A stretch of 64,000 nucleotides of DNA from Utricularia gibba (lineage: Eukaryota; Plantae; Magnoliophyta), in the NCBI GenBank assembly GCA_002189035.1, contig NEEC01000013.1, forward strand, positions 744,001-808,000, given 5' to 3'. The position numbers and the translations under genes were made by a program. Below the pieces are notes generated by a model. That model searched no databases and was not told the origin of the DNA. It saw only the letters and a list, made by a program, of their open reading frames with translations. Position 1 is the first letter of the stretch. Each line of letters starts with the position of its first letter. Positions 11,821 through 23,800 of the stretch are shown here, one piece after another.

Positions 11821-13899
11821 ATGAAATCAATATTAACGTTAAGCGACCACGTGGTTCGCCGGGATTTTAACTCTACGGCAGGATGGTATCATTAGGGTTG
11901 TTATAAATAGACACTTTTCTAATTTAATCATTATGTATGATATACATTTGATTAAGGTTGTTATAACGGCAAACCACTAGTACGACTCGATTACAATCAT
12001 TTATTTTTTTAAATAATATAAACAAATGAATAAAAAAATACATGTTAGATTAATTTCATCGATAAAAAAATTAATTGTGATGTATTTTATTTGATTATAA
12101 TATTAGTATCATAAAAATTAATTATTTTAGATTAATATAAAATATCTAATATTCATCATTATTATACGTATTTTGATTATTTGTATAATATATGTAAATT
12201 AAAAATTATTTTTTTGGTTATAGTTGAGATATAAATGATTTTTGAATTTTTTTTAGATTAAAACATAATTAATGTTTATGTTGAATCATACATACTTTAA
12301 TTATAAAAAATAATTATGATAATAAAACAATAATTATTCAAGTAATTGATATATATTTTGTATTCTAAAATTACTACTGAATTATTTTATTTATCATATA
12401 TATTTTTCAGAAATTTACTAATATAAATTTTGTATTTAAATTTAAATTATATAAATGTATTATATTTTTATCAAATAAAAGTAAATTCAAATAAATATAA
12501 TAATTCATAAATATACATGTTTATAAATGCTCATGAACAATAATGAACTTTGAATAAATAAATATGAATAAAATTTTTAGTTTTAGTTTGTGTTCATGAA
12601 CCATTAACTTAAATAAACAAAAAAATTTTGTTCAATAAAATTAAATAAATGAATACAAATATATGTTTGTGTTTCATTAAATATAATAATCATAGATTTG
12701 GTAGAATATAAAATTTTAATTTGTAATCAATAATACATATTAATAAATGATATTTATTGTCAATATAATTGCAGATTTTCGTAAATTAATGGATTAAAAA
12801 TGTTTTTGATCCTCATTATTTCTTTGATTCTTGTTGTTGTGATTACATTAGATATTTTCATTACTACCATTCAAAAAACATTAATTGATCCAAATTATTT
12901 TAAAATCAGATAAAATAAGTTATTATTTTTATTATAGTAAAATTGACCACTATTATTAAATATTAACTTCATCAATTTCATCTACTTCTAGAAATGATTA
13001 CCAATTGGTTGTGCACAAGTGTTATGGCGCTTGGTCAAATAGTAAATCAATTTGAAGTAAATGGACCTATTCTCTAATCAAAATCGTTTGCAATTAATTT
13101 TTATAGATTATATTATTATTTTATTCTATAAAAATTAAAAATTTGGATTATGTAAATAAACTTAACAATTAAATAAAATTAATACTATTCTAATTTAATC
13201 CATTTTAAAAAGACATTTATATTATCATATCTATTAAATTTTAAAATATACAAATTAGTATAAGTAAAATCTATAATATAATTTTATATTGTACTATACG
13301 ATAATTTTAAAATTTGAAAATTGGATATAATTAATAAAAAATTAAATTGATTATATTATATATAATTTGAATAAAATATTAAAAAACAGAACAATATCAA
13401 TATGTTCAATTTTCAAATTTTGGTTTTTCACATCAAAGGCTCATTGCTTGATGAACTTAACCTTTGAACTTAATTGTAATGAACTCTACCAATGTTAAAT
13501 CATTATTATAAATAAAAATGTATGTACCCATTATTTAATTAAGAAACTTTGATTATAAATGCATGCTTACAACACTCCCACATATCTATTGAGAAATCTT
13601 TATGTGCATATGAAGTAAGCATCACCACTATTACACCTACCCCAATTATACAAATGAAAAACACCCCTCCCAAGTCTCATTCCTATTCCCATTCGGCCAT
13701 TTTGTTGAAATACCTGTGGTACATAAAAAAAAAATTTAGCAAAATAACTGCTATGGTTTTTACAATTATTCAAATATCTGTATTTTCTTGTTTTTTTTAT
13801 TAAAATACCTATATTTTTATTATTTTTTTCTCATAATTTCTGTTATTATTAATACATATCAAAAAATTGCATGACTTGTAGTGATTTCCTCATTCTTTG

Positions 13900-14210
13900 A
13901 TTCTTTTTAAATGTATAACTCAGCACCAAAAGATGAATTATTTGAATTGGATGCATTCCAAATTATTGATAAGTCGTTAATTATACATCCATTTTATCAT
14001 TCCAACTGTTTTATCAATCTTGATCCTTATTTCACACTTGTTTGGATAAATAATAACATTAAACTCACATTCCATAATCTTAACAGTTTTTTGAATGATA
14101 TAGAATGGTTTACTTAAACAAAACTAAACAAATCTCCATCATAATATGAGATGCTATTAGTATCTCTTAAAATTTGACCACCATAATACAATTGCAATCA
14201 AACTTTGACC
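13900..14210 (-). pseudogene. Probable N-terminal remnant of a second MULE transposase
   Basis: Minus strand reads MVKV*LQLYYGGQILRDTNSISYYDGDLFSFV*VNHSISFKKLL, resembling the N-terminus of MuDRA-like proteins and region 535-610; no downstream domains recognised. Confidence 0.4.
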
Positions 14211-14562
14211 ATTGAAAAAAAAGTGCACAATGAGAGTTATTGAAGAATACTCCTTTGTTATTATAGATTTATCATCATTATTTATAAAGAAATTTGTAGA
14301 TATTTTCTAATTTTTTGACTCATTATAAACCACATACTGAAAAATTAACAATATTTGTAATTATAAATTAAAATGAATGATTCAATGAGTATTCATAATT
14401 TAATTATTTTTTTGAAAAATATATTACATGAATTGCATTAGATTTTTATGTGTCTAGATGATTTAGTAGTAACTATATAAAATGACAATGTGTACATACA
14501 CGATATCTATATATTAATAATTTTTCTTTTATAGAAACAAAGTAAGTTATTGGGTGTATTAA

Positions 14563-15944
14563 TGATAGCATACAAATTTTCATGTTTTTATTATATGAAA
14601 ATTATAAGTTTTAATTATGTTTTAATTGTTTATTTTACAATTTTAAGTGTTTTTGTATAATTTAATGAACATATAAACTTTGTGTGTTGATTTAGCTCAT
14701 TCTATGTTACTAACATGTTTTGAGTCTAACAACAAATCCCAAAAATCAGGAAAGAAGGCAAAGATTTTGTGCAGGGGGCAACTTAGCAGATGTGCAACAT
14801 AACAGGAGGGACAATGAATGTACTTTTGTGGTAGTAGTCTGCAAATCAAAGACAGGAGCAAAAGAATTGTTAGAAGATCGTACTTGCTTTAGGAAATGAA
14901 GAAAATATTTTTCTTGCGAGGAGAGAGAATCGAGGAGAGCTTTGGGAGCTTGAACACCATCGACACACAGAGGGCTTCTCCTCTAACACTACAAACACCG
15001 ATCAGAAGGGGAGAAGGGGAAGATTCTTGCGAAGAAGCCTCCCAACCCACAAGAACACTACTAAGATCCAGTTTAGTGCTACTGTTCCACGCTATGAATA
15101 GTAGCAGACGGAAAATAGAACACTTTATTTTACTTAGTTTGTTGAAACTTTACTTTTGTTGACTGTATGTTTGACAATATTAGGAATATTTTATTTAGTT
15201 TATGATTATGAATCCTTGTTTTATTTTCCATAAATAAGTAGTTAGAACCTTAAAAATGTATTAAGATATAGAAGTATGATGTGGGCTAGGGTTAAAAATG
15301 TAATTTATCTTTGTTTATTAGTTCTTATTTCTTTCATTCTATGGGTAGACATAAAGAGCAAAACAAATAATTTCGCAACTCAGATACTTGATTTATAGGT
15401 AGACCAACAAATTAAGATAGGAGAAGTAGGTATTAGTTTAGGATAGAACCAGTGAAACTAAGTACACTTAATTCTATACATTTTGCATGCAGGTAAACCT
15501 AATTGTAATATTGGTAATGATATTGGGTACTAGCTTAATAAAAAATATAATGAATGAATTGAGTAGATTTAGATTGTTTTGAGTTGTGAGTATAGAAACA
15601 TAGTAAATTAAATTAGGTATTTTAACACTACATCAATTGCATTACCCTAAGGCATCTTATATCATTCTATACTTAGAACCAACGTTTATTATTTTCTGAC
15701 TTGCAACTTGCTTTACTTAATGATTTTGTTTGTTATTGTTAGTTTGAGTTTAGATGAAAAACAACATTTATTCTGAATTCTATATCTGCTAAAACACATT
15801 GTAAGTATCAGTTTTTTATAATCGACCCCGAATTCTACTTTACATCTTGTGTTTCATTTATATCTTATGAGGATTAGGACTTACAAATTTATTTAATAAA
15901 AAAATTTGATTTTATTGCAACGATTCAAAAATTTTCGTTTATCA
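14563..15944 (+). mobile_element. Probable solo LTR of an Athila-type Ty3/gypsy element
   Basis: Inverted termini TGATAG...TTATCA; flanks ATTAA (14558-14562) and AATAA (15945-15949) match 4/5, like an aged TSD; internal organisation resembles Athila LTRs; no PBS or coding sequence follows. Confidence 0.6.
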
Positions 15945-16431
15945 AATAATATTTTGATTTATTTAAAATTTTGAATTCAAATTGTTTTTACTTATAAATT
16001 TGGAAAATCCATTTATTTACAAAAGTTTCTAAATATTTTTATTATTATAAAATACAATTTCTCTAATCAATATTAATTAAAATATTTCTATAATTCACAA
16101 AAAAGTGTATATGTAATTTTTTTAAAAAATTAACATAAGTATTTTTTTAATAAATATGCGTATTTTATTTTGGAAATAAAGTTGCATATTTTTTTACATA
16201 TTAAATATATATTTATTATTTTATTCTTTTAATCAACAAAAAAAAGGAAATTATTAAAAGAATGGAGGTTTTGGAAACGTGGGTATTTATGGTAAATGGC
16301 TCCAATCCCTAGCTTTCATCGGAATTTGAAAGCGACTGATAAAACAGCGAAAGAGGCAAACATAATTCCGGCTGCACGCGGGCCAGGGCCACCAACCCTA
16401 CAGAGAATCTTCCGCCGTCGCCGCTGCCGCC

Positions 16432-18529
16432 ATGTCTGCCGTGATTCCGATATCCGGAAACGCTGTGAACATCAAGCCTCGTGTTCTCTCAGTCCATCGG
16501 TGCGGCCAGTCATGTCCCATCGACTTCTTCTCGCCTGCATCGTTTACTCCGTCGCCGCTGAAATCTGCTTTCTTCTCTGTGACGGAGAGGCATGCGCGTC
16601 AAATCTCTCTTCGTTCCTCGTTCTCTACGATCACTGGAACCACTGACGACGAGGTGGAGACCGATGTAAGCGGCGGAGAAAACAATGGCAGGAAGGCTGG
16701 TGGGGGTGGAGGTGGAGGTGGAGGAGGTGGAAATGGCGATCAAAATGAGGGGAACGACGATGGCAGCAAGAAGAAGAACAAGGAAGAAGCATTGATGGCG
16801 TTGGTGGAGGCTGGTCGGAATCTTGAAAGCTTGCCTAAAGATTTGAAAGCTGCGATTGAAGATGGAAGAATTCCTGGGTCAGTGGTCGTGAAGTACTTTG
16901 ATCTTGAGAAATCGGGATTCCTCTCCTGGCTTATGAAATTTGGAGGTTTCAAGGAGAGGCTGTTGGCCGATGATCTCTTTTTGGCTAAAGTTGGTATGGA
17001 ATGCGGTGTCGGAGTCTTCACTAAGGTACCTTTTGTTCTTCACAAATGTTTTCTTCATGCTGGCTGTTTATTTACTGCAAAAGTTTATTCTTTTTGCCTA
17101 TTTTCCTTTTGAATATGTTTGATCCTTATTTGCCTAAATCCTCCTGCCCGCTAAAGCTCTTTTATTGTTTGATGCATTGCACTGTGATCCTTCTTCCATG
17201 GCGTTTCTACATAGTCAATCACTTGAATCCTAAGTCAGCAGATCCAAGAATATAGTTTTTCGTTATTGTGTGTTTTTTTTTATTGTAGTGCGTTTTTATT
17301 CTCTAGACTGCAGCCGAGTACGAGAGACGCAGGGATAATTTCTTCAAGGAGATTGACATTGTTGTTGCGGATGTGGTACATATGCTAATTGTTTGGAATT
17401 GTCTGAATTATTATCTAGGGCTTCACTTTTTTTAGTTTTCTCTTGCAACTCATTGTATGTTGTTGTTGATTCATCTCGTTTTTTAGGTGATGGCTATTAT
17501 AGCAGATTTTATGCTCGTATACCTTCCTGCGCCTACGGTTTCTCTTCGGTCATCTCTTGCTGTTAATGCAGGGAGCCTTGCAAAGTTTTTCCACAGTTGC
17601 CCCGATAATGCATTTCAGGTGATTCTCCGGAAGTTTTTATTTTCCTCATCTGTACGTGAGCAGAAAGATCAGGTCGTTACTAGAATTTGATACGCAGCTT
17701 GCTTTGCCTGGAACTTCATTTTCAATGTTGCAAAGACTGGGCGCAATAGTGGTAAGGATATCTCTCCTGAAGCAATTCTTTTTAAACACGGAAGCATTGG
17801 TTCCATCACTGTTTGTCCCTTTTTAATGACCAGCGCAACGGAGCAAAGCTGTTTGCTGTCGGAACCACTTCTTCTCTGGTAAATAGTTTGATTTTCATTA
17901 TCATCCATTCGAATGTCTAGCATCTCCTGAATGAAAAAAAATAAATAAATAAAGGCCTAGAGGATGGAAAAAAGCTTCACCATGCTCATCAATTTGCAGG
18001 TCGGTACTTCAATCACCAATGCAGTGATAAATGCTCGGAAGGCTGTCGATCAATCTACTTCTGAAGAGGTCGAGAATGTTCCTGTGCTCTCCACAAGTGC
18101 AGCCTATGGTGTCTACATGGCAGTATCAAGCAATCTCCGGTATGTAAACAGTTGCAACACTTCCATGATCCGTGCAATACCTGTTTCAGAATGATGGGAC
18201 TCCCTCTTCAAGGGAAAAGTTTCTTTCTGAAATATGCATGAGTAAAGGTGAGAGTCGTTTAATGGTTCTTTTTCGTTGCCAACAGTTACCAAGTTGTGGC
18301 CGGGGTGATCGAGCAACGTCTGTTGGAGCCTCTTCTCCACCAGCACAAGCTGATGCTAAGTGCTTGCTGCTTTGCTGTGAGAACTGGAAATACATTTTTG
18401 GGTTCATTACTGTGAGTCGCATCTCCTCTGTGCTCGGACTTTCCATCTTCATCCTGATATACGTCTGCTGCAAAATGATTTGATTCTTACAGGTGGGTTG
18501 ATTATGCTCGGTTCATCGGAGTTCAGTAG
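16432..18529 (+). CDS. RER4: RETICULATA-RELATED 4-like chloroplast envelope protein (DUF3411), 8 exons
   Basis: Transit-peptide-like N-terminus, poly-Gly tract, GGFKERLLADDLFLAKVGMECGVGVFTK|TAAEYERRRDNF, ADFMLVYLPAPTVSL, CPDNAFQ, YGVYMAVSSNLRYQVVAGVIEQR, WVDYARFIGVQ* (TAG 18527-18529). Confidence 0.9.
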
Positions 18530-19028
18530 CTCCAACTGCCAAAATGCCTTCCCAGGAGAGTTGGTTGGTGTTACCATGTTTCCCTTTTTCGGTTGGGGGG
18601 AACGGGAGGATATTGAACCCATTTTAAGGTTAAGTTACGGGTTCATGATGAGTCCTGTTGGGTCGAACTTGAGTGGAATTAGACATTCATTTTTAACAAA
18701 TAAAGAAATTATTGGTTGATGACTTACCTGCTGGGTGTGATTATCCTTAATTATAAAAAGATTATCCAATTTACAAACTAGATAAATGTTTTCTTGCATG
18801 AAAGAAAAAGAATCACTCACATTTGAGCTACGAGGACGGAAGAGCAAGCCAAAATACTGCGGATCCCTTCGTACGTACAGCCGAACATAGAATCTCAAAG
18901 TTTGAAGGGGAAGGAAAAACGCAAAGGCATCAGCACAAAGCGGCCTTGAGAACCAATCAGCCAGTACAATAAAGTTCGCTAGAAGCATCCCTAAACGTAC
19001 ACAAAGCCTCTATCATGTCATCTCAAAT

Positions 19029-20559
19029 CTAAAATCTCCTTCTTGGGCTCCTGGAGCGACGACCCCGGGGTGATCTGAATATGAAACACAGCATGAAAAC
19101 CATTAAGATAGAGCTTTGGGGATCATTAACACGTGTTCCCCTATAAGGCCTTCAAAAGGTTGCATCACTAGTTACGGATAAGAAAGAGAAAAAACTGCTT
19201 TTTCAACGTCAAATGATTTTTTAAATCTATCCAGTGTTTTTCTCTATTGGACATTCACCACTCCCCTTGAGTTGTGTAAAGTGGCTTCACAAGCCACTTT
19301 TATCGGGGATATACATATTTCTGGAGGCAGACAAACACATTTTAATTCTACAACACATATTTTCAGTCAAAGATCCAATGCACAAGCGACAAAATGTTAA
19401 ACAGCATAGCGCATTTTTAAAAAAATAATTACATACCTCCTCATGTTTCTCCTACGAAATGGGCCTTTGCTGAATGCCCAGGAAACGTTTATTATCTGAG
19501 TGAGGAGCTCACTTCCATTCAATTCATCTATAGCTTTTTGTGCCTCCTCAAGATTCTCATACTCAATAAGAGCATAGCCCTAAAAAGGAACACAAAGAAC
19601 ATAAAATACTATGGGATGCCTATATGTTTTATCTATTGCAAGAAACAAGTCATGCTAGAAATAAACATTTGATAGCCATATAGCCGAATACTGAAGCAAG
19701 AGCATTCAGTGTTAACATCCATGATAGCACAACATAATAGAGGATAGTGAATAGCCAGGAAAAATCAAGCAGTCATTTGAAAGATAACATCCTTATTCGA
19801 TGCTTATATCACTCCTATTCCACTAAAATCTTCACCTAGCACATCAAAAAACTCATATTACTTGACTGCAAGTTTGTTTCTCGTAAATTCGTAAATCAGC
19901 AACTACTTTTGCGATAGTCACTAGAAATTAAGCGCGGGACTCAATGTAAAAACAATTGCGATCCTCTACCTTGACAAAGCCAGTACGTCGATCAAGATTC
20001 AAGTGCAAATTCTTTATTTCACCAAATTCACCAAATACATTCTGCAGATCGTCCTCCTGCGCCTCTTCATGAACCCCAGTGACAAGAATAATCCATCCTT
20101 CAATAGCTTCACATAAGAAACAAAAAAATGAGAAATATGCTCTCACTTGTCAAATAACTACTTTTACTAAGCATGCGTCGTATGCGACAAGGCTGCAGTC
20201 ATTGTTTAACAGGTAACGAGCTCACGTCTTTAGAACCCCAATTCACAAAGAATTTCGCGAGAAGGTAAATTTTCCAGAACACTCACATCTTTCCGGTCCA
20301 GGGCCGCCCGCTGTGTCAAGCGAATCAAAACGAGCACTCATACGAGCATTGCGGTCCTCCTCTGCAGCGATCTCATCCCTGAAACCACGACCTTTCGTCT
20401 TCCTTGCAACTGCAGAAGGCCCACCCCCAGTTACGGCGGACTTCAGGCGTGGAGCCTGTGCTCCGCGCATCGCACTGGGGAACCGTCGCCGATATCCTCG
20501 TCCATCAGATCATCTTCCTCTGGTTCAAAATCGACAGCCTCCGCCTCCGCGTTCGCCAT
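19029..20559 (-). CDS. Y14: RNA-binding protein Y14 (exon junction complex core), 4 coding exons; 1-nt frameshift in exon 1 as assembled
   Basis: [22 protein letters not shown]; PRLKSAV...RKTKGRGFR; [24 protein letters not shown]; RNP1 [17 protein letters not shown]; RSRSPRRRF*. Exons 20559-20287, about 20108-19969, about 19581-19436 and 19075-19029. Confidence 0.9.
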
Positions 20560-20875
20560 GCCTCCAACCCCTAAAATCTGGAAGCTCTCCGCCTGTAGCG
20601 GGACTAGGGATTTGCTCCTCGGTATAAATACCAACGGGTTTCTCTGCCACTGGATTCGGGGCGGTAAAATATTAAATAATTTTTATAAGGAAAATTGAAC
20701 AATCATTTGTCTCGACATGCACTTTTTTTTTTCCCTTCACATGCAAGCAAGAAAATAGAGGCACAATATTTAATAATAAAAAGAAAAAATATTTTTTTCA
20801 CAAGGCGAAATGCTAGAAAGCTGTTGTTTTCAAAGATCTGCAGGATCAGTTCGGCGATAATCGAGTAGATGACTT
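20560..20875. promoter_or_regulatory. Shared divergent promoter/5'UTR region between Y14 and the TPR-DnaJ gene
   Basis: The two ATGs (20559 minus, 20876 plus) are separated by only 316 bp; TATA-like tataaata near 20623. Confidence 0.6.
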
Positions 20876-23800
20876 ATGTCGTCGGCGATCGTTGACACCG
20901 GAGCGCCTTCGCGCGAGGAGGCTCTGTTTGTCAATTACGGGTATCAATTCGAGGCCAGCAATTCGGCCTCAGCGATATTGCGTAGTTCCATGGACCCCAA
21001 TTTTGGGTTTAGCTCGCCGTCAATGGGCCCTTCGAAGCCCGCCGCAGGGTTGTCGCGACCGCCGAGGTTGGCCAAGCTTCGGAAGCCTTTACCGGGGAAT
21101 CGAGCCGGTTTGGTTCCGCCGATATGGCAAATGGGCGTAGCCACTGGACCGCAGGACCCCGGTTCCCGCATTGATCCGGAATTTAGCAGGCCTAAAGCGG
21201 TTATTTCGGGTCAGAAGAATGAAGATTATGGTTCTGTTTCTCTGGGAGACAATGCTGGGAATAATCATGTGGATATTGGCAAGGCCGCGGAGAAGTTGAG
21301 GGAATTGAATATTAGGAGTGGAAGAGCATATTCATCTGGAATTACTAAAGCAGGTGATGCTGCTAGTGGTTCAAGTTTTGAAAATCATTTGAGGGCGGAA
21401 GATCAGAACTTGCAGCGTGAGGATGGGAGTGAAGTTTCTGAATTGAGAGATGAATTTGGGATGTTGCATCTTAATAGGGAAAATCCCAGAAGCGAGGGCG
21501 TGGGTGAAATTCACACTCAGATGAAGAAATTGAGTGTGAGAAACTCTGAGCAGCATATTCCTCATAGCTTGGGTAATGTCGGAGTGGCGGATGCTGGGAG
21601 CGTGAATGCTGCATTTCCAGAGGGAAGAAGCTTTACAAAAGATGATTTTTTGAACCATTCCATAAATGTGAAGGTGGATGAAGTTTTCTCTAGAGCTGAG
21701 GATAATTTCTTACCCAAAACCATCAGGAGGGATGATAATCCAGCAAAGGTTGATGCTGTTTCCGAATCTGTAAATAGTTTCAGTGATGTTGAAGGTGTCG
21801 GGGCCAGACAAAAAAATCCAGATAAGATTTCGGGTTATGGGAATACTCGTAACATTCCTGGATCTTCAAATTCTGGGTTTCCTTTTCTGTCTGGATTAGA
21901 GAGCGACTCTAGAATTGCAAATTTGAGATTTAAGAGTGGCAGCGATCCAAGTTCATCATCGATTTTTGGATCCAGTGGGCTCCATTTCAACCCTCTGGGA
22001 GCTGTCCCTGAAATGCCATCAATGAGTGCAGTTGACAAGAACCCTGTGTTCATATTCTCCAGCAAGTTGGATAATGTGACAACAGAAAATATGGAATTTA
22101 AGACTCCAGATTCAAAAGCACCCTTGTTTTTTGGGCTAAACCGAAAGTTGGAAACTAAGAGGGAAGCGGCAAGTGGCTTAAAGAAGAAGAAGGGAAAGTC
22201 CTATAAACCTGTGTCAGCTGCAATGAAGGCCCCTAAGAATTTTGTATTTCAGGAAAGTGTACAGGAAAACTCTGAATCTTCTGATCAGTACTCACCCATG
22301 GACTTTTCTCCTTATGAGGAAACACTAGTTAATAATAATACCCTTTCTAGGGGATCTTCTTTGGGATCAGAGCAGTCTTACCATCTTGACGATAATAGTT
22401 CATCAAGTGAAATGCATCTGAATGTTCCAAATCAAATATTTGATGAAGTTCTAATTTCTGCAACGGAGGCATTGCACCTAAGTGAAGGTGAGGCCTATCA
22501 GCAAGGGCATGAAGAACCTGCTTGTGATGTGATGGAAAATAATAGAGTTGGCATGTCTGAAGAAGATTCTGTTTCTGTAGTTGAGACTGAAAGCTTTAAG
22601 TCGGCAACCGATGAATTAGAGTACAGTAGTGAGTCTTTTGTCACTGCTCTGGAAACTGAAGCAAGTTCCCACTTTAGAACTGATCCACAGGTTGGGGATG
22701 TGGAAGCTCAAGGCAAACATGATGTATCTTTGGATAATGCAGTCCACAGTAGCTTCACGTTTGCTGCATCCAGTTTCATTGATGAGCCATCAGATCCAGC
22801 GCGGATGCAGAAAAAGAATTACCACAACAAGCTTTTTGGCAATCGCTACAGTCAGAAGTCTGTCCCTAAAGCTTCATCTATGTTCTCTCAGTTGCCCTCA
22901 TTTCAAGTTTCTGGATCAATGCCTTTATTTTCTGATGTCGATCAAAAAGCTGATTCTTCAACCTTTCACAATCAAAATAGGATTAAAATTGAGCATCCAA
23001 AAGAAATGATGCCCGAGAAAGACAGTTCAACAACTTCTGGCATTGCGACTCTGGAATCCTGTGAAAAATGGAGAATGAAGTTAGCGCTTACCTTGATCTC
23101 AATCTTCTGGTTTACATACTGAGCATGCTAGAATGATGAAATTTTCTAGCAGCAATAGTTTATGATGTCCTTGTTCATGTTCTTGATATATATATATTTT
23201 TTGTTCTTTAACTAGGGGAAATCAGGCCTATGCAAAGGGAGACTTTTTAAAAGCTGAGGATTTCTACTCTCAGGGTATAAATTCTGTTTCCAAAAATGAG
23301 ACTTCCAGGAGCTGTTTAAGGGCGTTGATGTTATGCTACAGCAATCGTGCCGCCACACGTATGTCTCTTGGAAGATTGAGAGAAGCATTAGAGGATTGTG
23401 ATAATGCTTATGCATTGGATCCGAATTTCCTAAAAGTGCAAGTCAGAGCAGCCAGGTAAGGCATTATAATAGTTTTGTGTGCTGATTCATGTTTCCTGGT
23501 TCTGGCTTGAAATATTACTGGTTAATTTTGTTTGTATTTGATACTATGATATTGCTGTGTAATTTTACTCCTTAATCTCTTGCCAGCTGCAATCTTGCCC
23601 TTGGAGAACTTGAAAATGCGACACTGCAATTTACAAAGTGTTTGCAAGTGGGTCCTCATATATCGGCAGACAGGAATCTTCTGATAGAAGCTTCCGAAGG
23701 CCTTGAGAAGGCAAAGGTTGATTTTAATTATTTTTTTTGTCACGAGCTTTATATTTTCAGACCAAATATTTTATTTTTTCTGGGACAATGCGAATTTATG

